Below are positions 54,525-64,000 of a stretch of 64,000 nt of DNA, in pieces; the first letter of the stretch is position 1, and each line of letters begins with the position of its first letter. The position numbers and the translations under genes are program-made. Source of the DNA: Escherichia phage vB_EcoM_G2285; sequence record MK327933.1; one strand, given 5' to 3'. Under the pieces are notes generated by a model. The model made no database searches. It saw only the letters and a program-made list of their open reading frames with translations, and had not been told where the DNA came from.

Positions 54525-56293
54525 AACCTGAAGAAATGAAATCCATGCGTAGAAATAAGGTCATTGCCGATAATAAACCACAAAAAGTAGCTGCAACAGC
54601 AGCTACCGATTCATTAGAAGCATTGAATGACATTTCATCAAAACTAGACGATGTCCAAGCCGCGTCTGAACTCACATCACAAAGTGTAGAAGATAAAGGC
54701 AATGGAATTATTGAATCAATTGGAGACTTAAAGAATTCGACAGATAATACTGCTGAAGGCACAGAGCTTATCGCAGAAGTTATTGAAAAACAAACTGAAG
54801 TCACTAAAAGTATAAACGAAGTTTCTAGTGCAATAAGCTCTAAGTTAGACCGATTAGCTACATTATTAGAGCAAAAATTACAAACATCTACCGCTATTCA
54901 AAATACAGGAGGCACCTCTCTTGAAGTAATTGAGAACGCAATACCTGTTAAAGTGGTTGAGAATGAAACTTCTGATGAGCTGTTTAAAGCATTCCCTACA
55001 CCTGAAAAGATTGATAATAAGCCAGACGAAGATTTCTTCCCGGCCCCGGTTCAAGAAAGTGCTAATTCTACTTCCGATTCTAAAGGCGGAATTAGCTTTA
55101 AATTGAGCGATAAAATTGCAATGCTCACCAAAACAGTTCAAGCAGGGTTTAATAAATCAATATCAATTTCAGACAGAATTGCTGGAATGCTTTTCAAATA
55201 CACTATAACGGCTGCTATTGAAGCAGCAAAAATGGCCGCACTTATTCTTGGTATTGTTATCGGTATTGATTTATTGATAGTCCATTTCAAATATTGGACA
55301 GACAAGTTCACTTCTGCCTGGGATTTATTTGATGAAAACTTTACTAAATTCTCCGATGAAGCTAAAGAGTGGGGTAAATTCTTAAGTGATATATTCACTT
55401 CTATTGACTCGATAAAACAATTGTGGGAAGCTGGGGACTGGAGTGGTTTAACCGTTGCTATTGTCAAAGGTGTAGGAACAGCATTAATGAACTTAGGTGA
55501 ACTAATTCAATTAGGAATGGCTAAACTCTCTGCGTCTATATTGCGTGCTATAGGTTTTGGCGATACAGCGGACGAAATAGAAGGACGCGCTTTGGAAGGA
55601 TTCCAAGAAACTACTGGGAACACATTAAAGAAAGAAGACCAAGAGAAAGTCGCTAAATATCAAATGAAGCGTGACGATGGGGAATTAGGAACCGTTTCTA
55701 AAGGTCTTGATATGTTACAACGCGGCAAAACATTCGTTACTAACTGGGTTCGTGGTAATGACAATAAAGAAGAGTTTAGTACAAGCGATGAGCGTGCTGC
55801 GGAATCGGCAAAATTAAAAGAGTTACCTGAAGAGGAGCGTAAAGAGGCGTATATAAAAGCTAATGAAACTCGTGCGGCACTAGTTAGATTTGAGGATTAT
55901 ATCGATAAAATCGATATGACTAATCCGGAAAATGCTAAAAACGTCGAGAAGTCTTATGCTGATTTAAGTAAACTTATTAAAGACCCTGAACTTAATAAAA
56001 CTCCTGTTGTTAAAAAGGAATTAGATGCTAGATTTGAAAAGCTAAATAATAAAATGGCTGAAGCCAAAAAGGCTCAGACAACAGTTAAGCCTGAATCTTC
56101 GTCTAAATCTCCGGAAGCAAAACAAGTTCAGTCAATAGAGAAAGGACGTGCTTCTGAATCTAAACAACAGCAACCGGTAGCGGCTATTAGTAACACAAAT
56201 AATGTCGTCAAAAAGAATACCGTAGTCCAGAATATGACCCCTGTAACAAGTACAACGGCTCCTGGAATTTTCCATGCCACCGGTGTTAATTAA
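54521..56293 (+). CDS. 29: baseplate hub subunit / tail length determinator gp29
   Basis: 590 aa; synteny. Confidence 0.9.
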   Translation: MKPEEMKSMRRNKVIADNKPQKVAATAATDSLEALNDISSKLDDVQAASELTSQSVEDKGNGIIESIGDLKNSTDNTAEGTELIAEVIEKQTEVTKSINEVSSAISSKLDRLATLLEQKLQTSTAIQNTGGTSLEVIENAIPVKVVENETSDELFKAFPTPEKIDNKPDEDFFPAPVQESANSTSDSKGGISFKLSDKIAMLTKTVQAGFNKSISISDRIAGMLFKYTITAAIEAAKMAALILGIVIGIDLLIVHFKYWTDKFTSAWDLFDENFTKFSDEAKEWGKFLSDIFTSIDSIKQLWEAGDWSGLTVAIVKGVGTALMNLGELIQLGMAKLSASILRAIGFGDTADEIEGRALEGFQETTGNTLKKEDQEKVAKYQMKRDDGELGTVSKGLDMLQRGKTFVTNWVRGNDNKEEFSTSDERAAESAKLKELPEEERKEAYIKANETRAALVRFEDYIDKIDMTNPENAKNVEKSYADLSKLIKDPELNKTPVVKKELDARFEKLNNKMAEAKKAQTTVKPESSSKSPEAKQVQSIEKGRASESKQQQPVAAISNTNNVVKKNTVVQNMTPVTSTTAPGIFHATGVN

Positions 56294-56301
56294 GGATTAT
56301 T

Positions 56302-57411
56302 ATGATTAGTGTAAAAGAAATAGTAGTAGATGCAAAGGATTTAAATAAAGCAATCCCAGTCTCAGAAAGTGCTGGGCAAAGCACTAAAACCGAAACAACT
56401 ACTAAAACTTATGTTGCTCAATTTCCTACAGGAAGAGCAGCCGGAAATGACTCCACAGGAGACTTCCAGGTAACAGACCTTTATAAGAATGGATTATTAT
56501 TTACCGCGTACAATATGTCTGCACGCGATTCAGGATCCCTCAGGAATTTACGTCCGGCATATGCCGGTACTTCATCTAATGGTATCATATCAGATTTAAC
56601 TGATAATGTGAAAGATGCAGTGACTAAATTCTCAAATGGCTTGCTTCCTGCCGGAGCTAATAAGTCTACTATAAACAAAACTCCTGTTGCTAATATACTT
56701 TTGCCACGTTCCAAATCTGATGTTGATACAACTTCACATCGTTTTAATGATATCGGTGATAGCCTTATTACTAAAGGTGGAGGTACTGCTACAGGTGTTT
56801 TAAGTAACATTGCTTCTACTGCAGTTTTTGGTGCATTAGATTCTATTACTCAAGGGCTTATGGCTGATAATAACGAGCAGATTTATACGACTTCTCGTAG
56901 TATGTATGGCGGTGCTGAGAACCGTACTAAAGTCTTTACATGGGATTTAACTCCTCGTTCAACTGAAGACCTTATGGCTATTATAAACATTTACCAGTAT
57001 TTTAACTATTTCTCATATGGTGAGACCGGTAAATCACAGTACGCCCAAGAGATTAAAAGTTATTTAGACGAATGGTACCGTTCAACGTTTATTGAGCCTA
57101 TGACACCAGAAGATGCAGTAAAAAATAAGACATTGTTTGAAAAGATTACTGCGTCATTAACAAATGTATTAGTTGTAAGCAACCCTACAATTTGGATGGT
57201 TAAAAACTTTGGACACACGTCTAAATTTGACGGGTTAACCGATGTATTTGGCCCATGTCAAATTCAAAGCGTACGTTTTGATAAAACTCCAAATGGACAA
57301 TTTAATGGTCTTGCTGTTGCTCCTAACTTACCATCAACATTTACGTTAGAGATAACAATGCGAGAAATTATTACATTAAACCGTTCTTCACTTTATGCGG
57401 GGACTTTCTAA
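56302..57411 (+). CDS. 48: baseplate tail tube cap gp48
   Basis: 369 aa; synteny. Confidence 0.9.
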   Translation: MISVKEIVVDAKDLNKAIPVSESAGQSTKTETTTKTYVAQFPTGRAAGNDSTGDFQVTDLYKNGLLFTAYNMSARDSGSLRNLRPAYAGTSSNGIISDLTDNVKDAVTKFSNGLLPAGANKSTINKTPVANILLPRSKSDVDTTSHRFNDIGDSLITKGGGTATGVLSNIASTAVFGALDSITQGLMADNNEQIYTTSRSMYGGAENRTKVFTWDLTPRSTEDLMAIINIYQYFNYFSYGETGKSQYAQEIKSYLDEWYRSTFIEPMTPEDAVKNKTLFEKITASLTNVLVVSNPTIWMVKNFGHTSKFDGLTDVFGPCQIQSVRFDKTPNGQFNGLAVAPNLPSTFTLEITMREIITLNRSSLYAGTF

Positions 57412-58373
57412 TGTACTCTTTAGAAGAATTTAATAACCAAGCTATAAATGCAGATTTCCAACGAAACAATATGTTTAGTTGTGTATTTGCTACTACACCA
57501 TCAACCAAATCGTCTTCACTAATTTCGTCAATTGGTAGTTTTGCTTATAATAACTTAGGGTTGGATTCCGATTGGCTAGGATTGACTCAAGGTGATATCA
57601 ATCAGGGCGTAACAACCCTGATTACAGCAGGAACACAGAAATTAATTCGAAAATCAGGTATAAGTAAATATTTGATTGGAGCAATGAGTCAACGTACGGT
57701 ACAAAGCTTGTTAGGTGAGTTCACAGTAGGATCTTATCTGATAGACTTCTTCAATATGGCATATAATAATACAGGTTTAATGATTTATTCTGTAAAAATG
57801 CCTGAGAACCGATTATCTTATGAAACGGATTTCAACTATAACTCACCGAACATCCGAATTACCGGCCGTGAAATGGACCCATTAGTAATAAGCTTTAGAA
57901 TGGATTCCGAAGCATCTAACTTTAGAGCAATGCAAGACTGGGTAAACTCGGTCCAAGACCCTGTAACAGGTCTTCGTGCTTTACCACAAGACGTCGAAGC
58001 AGATATTCAGGTTAATTTACATGCACGAAATGGTTTACCACATACCGCTGTCATGTTCACCGGATGTATTCCTGTTAGTGTCTCTTCTCCTGAGTTAACG
58101 TATGATGGTGATAATCAGATAACAGTTTTTGATGTAACATTTGCTTATCGCGTTATGCAATCAGGTGCTGTAAATAGACAGGCTGCTTTAGAATGGCTTG
58201 AATCAGGACTTATTAGTAGTGTTTCAGGAATGTTTGGAAATAATCAGAATGATTCTGGTCTAGGAAGTGCAGTATCAAGACTTTCTAGATTAGGTGGGAC
58301 TGCTGGAGGTGTGTCTAATATAAACACATTGACAGGTGTGGTGAATTCTGCGTCAAGAGTTTTAGGACTATAA
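57411..58373 (+). CDS. 54: baseplate tail tube initiator gp54
   Basis: 320 aa; synteny. Confidence 0.9.
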   Translation: MYSLEEFNNQAINADFQRNNMFSCVFATTPSTKSSSLISSIGSFAYNNLGLDSDWLGLTQGDINQGVTTLITAGTQKLIRKSGISKYLIGAMSQRTVQSLLGEFTVGSYLIDFFNMAYNNTGLMIYSVKMPENRLSYETDFNYNSPNIRITGREMDPLVISFRMDSEASNFRAMQDWVNSVQDPVTGLRALPQDVEADIQVNLHARNGLPHTAVMFTGCIPVSVSSPELTYDGDNQITVFDVTFAYRVMQSGAVNRQAALEWLESGLISSVSGMFGNNQNDSGLGSAVSRLSRLGGTAGGVSNINTLTGVVNSASRVLGL

Positions 58374-58411
58374 GAAAAAGGGAGACAACGTCTCCCTTTA
58401 GGGGTTTATTT
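58374..58411. terminator. bidirectional rho-independent terminator between gene 54 and alt-region
   Basis: GGGAGAC-AAC-GTCTCCC hairpin flanked by A-run and TTTAGGGGTTTATTT. Confidence 0.65.
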
Positions 58412-58771
58412 ACGGAATGAAAGGAATGCTGGTGCTCGGAATGGAGTATCATCTTTAGAGTATTTAACTAATACGACCATTGGTACCTCTGTTTCTAAAT
58501 GACCCGTCACTACACCCATAAAAATTTGATCGGTGTGTTCAGGGTCACGAAAGTTTTTAAGAGGTTCCATAGCAATATGGAATGCACCTGGGAATACTCG
58601 ATTCAATTCGTCAATCACAGCTTCGTTAAAAACATCATCCGCTGGGATAGCATCTTCAACTACTAGTTCTTGACCATTAAAGCGAAGCATAGATTTCATA
58701 ACGTTTTCCTCATGTTGTTGATGGGATGATAGTATCACACATCCATGTGTTTGTAAACTATCCTTGGACAA
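58406..58771 (-). CDS. hypothetical protein (121 aa, alt.-1 position)
   Basis: ORF track; synteny downstream of alt. Confidence 0.55.
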   Translation of the reverse strand: MSKDSLQTHGCVILSSHQQHEENVMKSMLRFNGQELVVEDAIPADDVFNEAVIDELNRVFPGAFHIAMEPLKNFRDPEHTDQIFMGVVTGHLETEVPMVVLVKYSKDDTPFRAPAFLSFRK

Positions 58772-60845
58772 ATTTAAACGGAACCGATTCTAAATCCATT
58801 AAAGATGCTAACAGTTTCAATCCTTTAGGTGCACTAGTTTTTTCTATAAATGAGGAGAACGATACCGGCTCATCTGATTCGATTTCACCCGTCATAGCAA
58901 CTACCTCGCCTGTTTCCATGAGAACATCACCATCGTAAATGACAGCTTCGTCCAACTGGTCCGAGGACATGACTTCAGCTTGAATAAATTTAAGGTTGGA
59001 TTCTAAACCTGCACCAGTGTCAGATGACGCATCTGTAATTTTATTTATCTGCAAGAGAATGCCTCTAGGCAAAATAATTTCTTGCTCATTAGGGTGATTA
59101 CTCAACTGTCCTGGATAAATCACGTTAACTTTATGGGCGCCATCAATAGCCCATCCAACATTAACACGAATTTGTTCTGGCGCATGCATAGCGGTACGCA
59201 CCAGACTAGGAGAAATAGTAACACCTTCGTCATTATTGTCAATGTTAAGCTCTTTGCGAACTTCTTCAGGAGCAAGTCCAAGGGCAACGTTCTCTTTAAA
59301 CCCACCGAAAATAATAGGAGCTAGTGAAGTGGAAACATAGTTTCTGAAATAGAATACCTTATTTTTAACCATTGCTTCATAAATAGGCATTCTGATAGAC
59401 TGAGCTCTATATAACGTTAGTCCTTCAGGTAAACGGTCTCCATTTAAAAACGCCGAATCAAGACCATCAATAGCGCGTTTAACTTCATCTTCATCTGCAA
59501 CATCGTAAAAATCTGGTTTATAACGACCTAACAACATATTATTGATATCGGTATACGCGGAAGAGGCATATTCGCGAATAGCTCGTTTTTCAGCAACAGA
59601 GTATTGTTTAGGGTCCCGATTCATTGTTATATTAAAGGTGCCTCTAGCCGATTCTCGTGCATAAGTATACATCACATTAGACAAGAACGCTGATTTACGT
59701 TGTTTCCAAGTTTTTTCAGATACTTCAGCTAAAACATCGTCGGCCAGTTGGAAATTATCCCGTCTAAAATCTTCAAACCATTCGTCTTTAATAGAGTCTG
59801 CAATTTCATTTGCAGCTTCAACAAAAGCAGTTAATGCTTTAACAGATGTTGTTTTTCCAGTTTTAATTTTCTTAGCAAACTTTTCTAAAGTTGGCTTAAT
59901 AACACTACCATAAGAAACTTCATCAGCAAATCTAAAGGATTCATCAATATGATTATAAATCTTATTTTCGATATCAGCAACTAAAGTGCCTTTTGCTGTG
60001 GATGATGCTTGGGCTAGTACGATTTCATATGCTTCAGGAAGTAATTCGGCTGTAGCCGGGCCACTAACTTCTTTAGCAGAATTTTCGTATTTCTGGAATA
60101 ACTCACCTTCTTGGCGGTCAGCTTCTAAAGATTGGCTTGCGGCAATAGCGCGCCGAGAAATTTTAGTACGAGCAATAACAGGCTTATCTTTACGTTTTTC
60201 TTCTACAGCAGCAATAGAACCAGCGATAGCCGTTTCTTTGGTGACCTTTTCACCAGTCTTTTTACTCACATAAACTTCGCCAACATCAGAATCTACTTTC
60301 GTGTATAACTCTGTGTTAATGTTAGGGATGCCTTTAATATCTTCAATGTTGGCATTTTTACGAACCATCATCACATAGGTGTGTTTACCTGTGAATTGAT
60401 ACATTGCCGACAATACTTTAAAACGACCACCGGTTTTAGTAGAAACTAAACGAGCAAGAAGAGTTTGAAGCTGTTGTCCACGTCCTTTCAATTTCTTGGT
60501 AGGGAATCGGAACAGAACTGCATCCATACGAAGAGCTTTAACTTGTTCATATACTGTATTGAAAATGGTGTTGATTGCATCAATAGGAGCAGGACCAAGG
60601 CCATTTTTCAATTCGGCGAGATTACCCTTTTCAGACAGACTCATAATAACAACATGAGCGTATTTGTCGCCAAGTTTAACTTGTTTTACAGCGTCGCCTT
60701 CGGAAAGGTAAGAGAATAAACGAACTACAATATTTGTATCGATATCACCAATTTTCCAGACTTGTGGAACTTTAGCTTTAGGGTTCAAATTGACGACAGG
60801 AAGACTGCCTTCAGATTCAAACACTTCATTTAATTGTTCAGACAT
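58758..60845 (-). CDS. alt: Alt ADP-ribosyltransferase (packaged, injected with DNA)
   Basis: 695 aa; similarity to T4 Alt over several segments; synteny between 30 and 54. Confidence 0.85.
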   Translation of the reverse strand: MSEQLNEVFESEGSLPVVNLNPKAKVPQVWKIGDIDTNIVVRLFSYLSEGDAVKQVKLGDKYAHVVIMSLSEKGNLAELKNGLGPAPIDAINTIFNTVYEQVKALRMDAVLFRFPTKKLKGRGQQLQTLLARLVSTKTGGRFKVLSAMYQFTGKHTYVMMVRKNANIEDIKGIPNINTELYTKVDSDVGEVYVSKKTGEKVTKETAIAGSIAAVEEKRKDKPVIARTKISRRAIAASQSLEADRQEGELFQKYENSAKEVSGPATAELLPEAYEIVLAQASSTAKGTLVADIENKIYNHIDESFRFADEVSYGSVIKPTLEKFAKKIKTGKTTSVKALTAFVEAANEIADSIKDEWFEDFRRDNFQLADDVLAEVSEKTWKQRKSAFLSNVMYTYARESARGTFNITMNRDPKQYSVAEKRAIREYASSAYTDINNMLLGRYKPDFYDVADEDEVKRAIDGLDSAFLNGDRLPEGLTLYRAQSIRMPIYEAMVKNKVFYFRNYVSTSLAPIIFGGFKENVALGLAPEEVRKELNIDNNDEGVTISPSLVRTAMHAPEQIRVNVGWAIDGAHKVNVIYPGQLSNHPNEQEIILPRGILLQINKITDASSDTGAGLESNLKFIQAEVMSSDQLDEAVIYDGDVLMETGEVVAMTGEIESDEPVSFSSFIEKTSAPKGLKLLASLMDLESVPFKFVQG

Positions 60846-60880
60846 AGTGTTTTCCTTTTAGTAATAATTTATATTTATGC

Positions 60881-60901
60881 CAAAAAGAGCCCGAAGGCTC
60901 T
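60881..60901 (-). terminator. rho-independent terminator hairpin upstream of alt
   Basis: Minus strand AGAGCC-TTCG-GGCTCT followed by TTTTTGG. Confidence 0.55.
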
Positions 60902-61110
60902 TAATCCACAATCGGAAGCAAAGTACGATAAACTTCAAAATTAGGGCCTTTTTCGTACCCATTAACGTTATCTACGAAAACCCGATACGAATTTTCATTA
61001 GGAAAATCTAATATAATCTGAGAGCAAGAGGTGGAAACATCTCCACCATCCTTCTTAGCTACAATAACTGTTTCTAAATAAGCTTTCATTATAAACCTGT
61101 CTGGGACCAC
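60901..61110 (-). CDS. hypothetical protein (69 aa)
   Basis: ORF track. Confidence 0.45.
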   Translation of the reverse strand: MVPDRFIMKAYLETVIVAKKDGGDVSTSCSQIILDFPNENSYRVFVDNVNGYEKGPNFEVYRTLLPIVD

Positions 61111-62582
61111 GGTCCAAATACGTCTTCAAACGAATCCGCTTCTGTTTTATCAAAACGGAACCCTTTAATAATTGGAAGGAAAATACCTACAGTACCTTCA
61201 CGGCCTTTAGAATGAACCCAACCATTACATTCACAATCAGCGATACGTCCAATTAATTTACCTTCACGAGCTTCGGTCATTAATCGTTCACGGTCTAAAT
61301 CATGACGCTCGTCTAAAGGAATAAGAACCTTTACACCGTCAACTGTTTTATGAGTTGTATCTTTAAAACCTGAACCACAATCGGTTGTAATACGACGACA
61401 ACGTGATACGAGTTCGACACCACCTAATTTGTTAGGGTCTTTAGAGTGTTCATAGTATCCTACAACTTCTAAAGCGATATCAATAACTTCTTTAAATTTA
61501 ATTAGGTTCTTAGAGCGTTTGTTTTCCCAGTATGAATCACGGTTTTTAAGGATAATACCTTCAAGACCTTGGTCAACATATTTTTTATAAACCACTTTAG
61601 CTTCATCAAGATTACGAACTAACTGGTTTTCGATAGGTTCAATTCGTTTAAAGCCTTCAGCCATATTTTCAAGAGCAGCAAAACGAACATCGTATTTCTG
61701 ACCTTTAATTTTGCCATCAGAATAGACTTCATCTAAAGGAACATAGTCCCAGGCTTGAAGAACCATACCTTCCGCTTCTTTAGGAGAAATAGTCCCTTGA
61801 AGAGATTTATTTGCTAAACCATTTGAAGTGCTACGGTCTGCAACTTGCACTTCTTCGGATTCTTCATTATCACCAAATAAGAACGACAGGTCATTTCCTG
61901 AGCTCACAGCCTTTTTAATATCGAATGAATGATAAACTAATTCACCGTCGATTAAAACCCCATTAGGGTGTCTTTCACGAGCTTCTTTAGTCATTTCCAT
62001 TAGTTCATCCGCTAATAGAGTAAGACCATGATATTCGTTGCCGGCACGAGAAAAGAATTGAACACCATCATCGCGAACTTCAGCGAAACAACGAGCACCA
62101 TCTGCTTTTAATTGGGCAAATGCAGGCCATTTAATATTTTTAGTAATCAATTTCTCATCATATGCAGATGCTAACATCTGTGGTTGCAATTGAATAAGTC
62201 CAGGCCACACCTTATTCGCTATAGACACTGAAGCACCTACTTCAAGGTCGCGCATCATTACACGACGAAGGACTTCTACATCATCAGGTTTACCATCAGC
62301 GATATAACCCATGAGCTCTTTAATTGCAGCATTACCAGTGAGTTTACGAGTGGCTAATGTGAACTCAATAAAATCCAACATGGCATCTAATTCAAGAAGA
62401 CCATACGCTTGAGACCTTTCACCTGGTCCTGGCCATTTCTTAATATAATACTGGATACCACGTGCATATGTTAAACGATACACACGTTCAAGTAATTTGT
62501 TGTCCTTATTTTTCTTAAGGATTTCCTGTTTTGTTTTAGTAGAACCGATCGCAGCTATTTGGTTTAAAATATCTAAAATCAT
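61089..62582 (-). CDS. 30: ATP-dependent DNA ligase gp30
   Basis: 497 aa; ligase adenylation motif KADGARC. Confidence 0.95.
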   Translation of the reverse strand: MILDILNQIAAIGSTKTKQEILKKNKDNKLLERVYRLTYARGIQYYIKKWPGPGERSQAYGLLELDAMLDFIEFTLATRKLTGNAAIKELMGYIADGKPDDVEVLRRVMMRDLEVGASVSIANKVWPGLIQLQPQMLASAYDEKLITKNIKWPAFAQLKADGARCFAEVRDDGVQFFSRAGNEYHGLTLLADELMEMTKEARERHPNGVLIDGELVYHSFDIKKAVSSGNDLSFLFGDNEESEEVQVADRSTSNGLANKSLQGTISPKEAEGMVLQAWDYVPLDEVYSDGKIKGQKYDVRFAALENMAEGFKRIEPIENQLVRNLDEAKVVYKKYVDQGLEGIILKNRDSYWENKRSKNLIKFKEVIDIALEVVGYYEHSKDPNKLGGVELVSRCRRITTDCGSGFKDTTHKTVDGVKVLIPLDERHDLDRERLMTEAREGKLIGRIADCECNGWVHSKGREGTVGIFLPIIKGFRFDKTEADSFEDVFGPWSQTGL

Positions 62583-62848
62583 TTGATGTCCTCGATTTTG
62601 GTTACGGTTCTATTATAAGCCACTTCATCTAGAAGCGATTTCAGCGTTTTCTGATAAGTGGTAATCCATTTACCGAGACCTTCAACATAGTATTCTGAAA
62701 TGTAGATGAACCCTTGTTCAACACACTCTTTAAATATTTCTGCGTCTTTTACTGAACGAAACAATGGCCGGTCTCGAAAGAACATGTTAACGTGACCGTA
62801 GTCACGCGTTGTGTTTTTGCCATCTGTAATATCATGAACTACAAACAT
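62579..62848 (-). CDS. hypothetical protein (30.1 position)
   Basis: ORF track; synteny. Confidence 0.55.
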   Translation of the reverse strand: MFVVHDITDGKNTTRDYGHVNMFFRDRPLFRSVKDAEIFKECVEQGFIYISEYYVEGLGKWITTYQKTLKSLLDEVAYNRTVTKIEDIK

Positions 62849-62857
62849 AATTAACCC

Positions 62858-63046
62858 TTAACAATTTATAGACCAAGTCCATTTAGACGAATCTAAAGGA
62901 AAGTTTTGAATCGTCCACCACGGCTGCATATCAGTTGGTCCTGGGGTTCGCCAGGTATATGGAGTACGTGTTGTCGAGGGGCCACCAATTTGATTAGGCC
63001 ATGCACCTGGACTTGTTGCACCAGATTCTTTAAGCAAATCCGCCAA
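62858..63046 (-). CDS. doubtful small ORF (Pro/Trp/Thr-rich, 62 aa)
   Basis: ORF track only; low-complexity composition, may be non-coding spacer. Confidence 0.2.
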   Translation of the reverse strand: MADLLKESGATSPGAWPNQIGGPSTTRTPYTWRTPGPTDMQPWWTIQNFPLDSSKWTWSINC

Positions 63047-63682
63047 TCATTTTAAAAGGTCTTCACGATCTGAATCTGAATTATGCTCAGGTGGAACCAA
63101 ACGAGATTCAATATCATCCCACGTGTGTACACGTTGTGCAGTACGAGGAATGGCATCACGTTCACCACGGGCCAACCAATAAATCGGTACATTGAGAATT
63201 TCTGCCGCATGGTCACAGTGATGAGCTAAATCGTCAACGTAACAAATTACGTTATATTTTGTTTTAGCTAGTTCGAATAATTGTTCCTTTGACGAATCAT
63301 GACCACACATCATTACTTCAGAAAAGGCACCTGGGAACAAAGCATTCAAATTAAATTGTCTATTCAATCGAGCATCAATTGAATCACCTAGCGCCGTCAC
63401 GGCTACAAAATTATAGTCTTCTTTTAGTTTATTGATAACTCGAAGAGCATCTGAATAAGGCGCTAAGTAACGAATAAAATCAGAGCGATTATATTTTTCT
63501 ATTAATTGTTTACCAAGGTTATCGTCGGTATTGAATAGTTTACCAGGAGAAATAAATTTTTCATCCTGAATCATTTTTAAAATATGTTCTAATGGAAGAT
63601 TATATTTTTGGGCAAAATAAGGAAGTCCAGATTGCCAGCTTAAACATACACCATCAATATCAGTCAAAATAGTAGGCTTCAT
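63047..63682 (-). CDS. 30.2-like protein, possible HAD-family hydrolase
   Basis: 211 aa; N-terminal DIDGV motif resembles HAD motif I. Confidence 0.6.
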   Translation of the reverse strand: MKPTILTDIDGVCLSWQSGLPYFAQKYNLPLEHILKMIQDEKFISPGKLFNTDDNLGKQLIEKYNRSDFIRYLAPYSDALRVINKLKEDYNFVAVTALGDSIDARLNRQFNLNALFPGAFSEVMMCGHDSSKEQLFELAKTKYNVICYVDDLAHHCDHAAEILNVPIYWLARGERDAIPRTAQRVHTWDDIESRLVPPEHNSDSDREDLLK

Positions 63683-64000
63683 AAAGAGTCTCTTAATAGG
63701 TTTAACACATCAATAAATTCAGCTTCGGTTAGTATTGTATCATCTTTTGTTAGACCACTGGCCATGCTGTGCTTCAAAATTTTTCCTTTAGAGGCTTGTA
63801 AGGCATCACGAAACCCCTTGTTTTGGATCGCGGCTTCAAAATACGCATTTGTGTATAATTCTTTCCACGCTTCGGAGTATCTTGAAAACGGAACTCCTAA
63901 CCAGAAGAGAGTCCCACGGTCCTGAGCTCTTGCATAAGACCTTCCAGCTTGCTGTGCGGCCAGTCCTGACAGCCCAAATATACGTCTTTGTTGTTCAACA
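63679..64000 (-). CDS. partial CDS (C-terminal part, 5' end beyond window), 30.3 position
   Basis: Hand translation of minus strand open from 64000 to stop overlapping ATG of 63047..63682 gene (TTATGA). Confidence 0.45.
   Translation of the reverse strand, partial: VEQQRRIFGLSGLAAQQAGRSYARAQDRGTLFWLGVPFSRYSEAWKELYTNAYFEAAIQNKGFRDALQASKGKILKHSMASGLTKDDTILTEAEFIDVLNLLRDSL

Noticed and set aside
62858-63046. 62-aa ORF between 30.1 and 30.2 as a real gene
   Set aside because: Pro/Trp/Thr-rich low-complexity translation without clear SD; kept only as a very low-confidence feature.

Overview
This window is a T4-like (Tevenvirinae) myovirus genome segment, read directly from the translations, which closely match T4 proteins (for example lysozyme e, gp23, gp17), though not identically. 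It has three parts. (1) 1-14.4 kb is a minus-strand early/middle region: a partial P-loop gene, internal-protein genes with N-terminal capsid-targeting sequences, denV, lysozyme e, nudE, about 15 small hypervariable ORFs (several membrane proteins), a small tRNA cluster (tRNA-Asn GTT and tRNA-Met/Ile CAT, hand-folded) with an unresolved RNA-like stretch, two more internal-protein-like genes, 57B (Acb1-like 2H phosphoesterase), 57A and genes 1, 3, 2, 4. (2) 14.4-44.8 kb is the plus-strand late block 53-5-5.1-5.4-6-7-8-9-10-11-12-wac-13-14-15-16-17-18-19-20-67-68-21-22-23-24, with TATAAATA late promoters and GC-rich tetraloop terminators. (3) 44.8-64 kb holds rnlB, hoc, inh, uvsW, uvsW.1, uvsY, the baseplate hub genes 25-26-51-27-28-29-48-54, alt, DNA ligase 30 and 30.1-30.3. 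The most notable observations are a perfect 55-bp tandem duplication that frameshifts the 3' end of portal gene 20; a recurrent early-promoter/stem-loop cassette (PeSL-like) in front of many small minus-strand genes, including one inside the capsid gene block between 23 and 24; five CTS-tagged internal-protein genes; a recurring 3'-terminal block giving a shared C-terminal FIKECR-type motif in small membrane proteins; and a 318-aa ORF with a possible nucleotidyltransferase motif. No CRISPR array, integrase or transposase was seen. Everything is from reading the sequence and ORF track by eye; no searches or folding programs were run.
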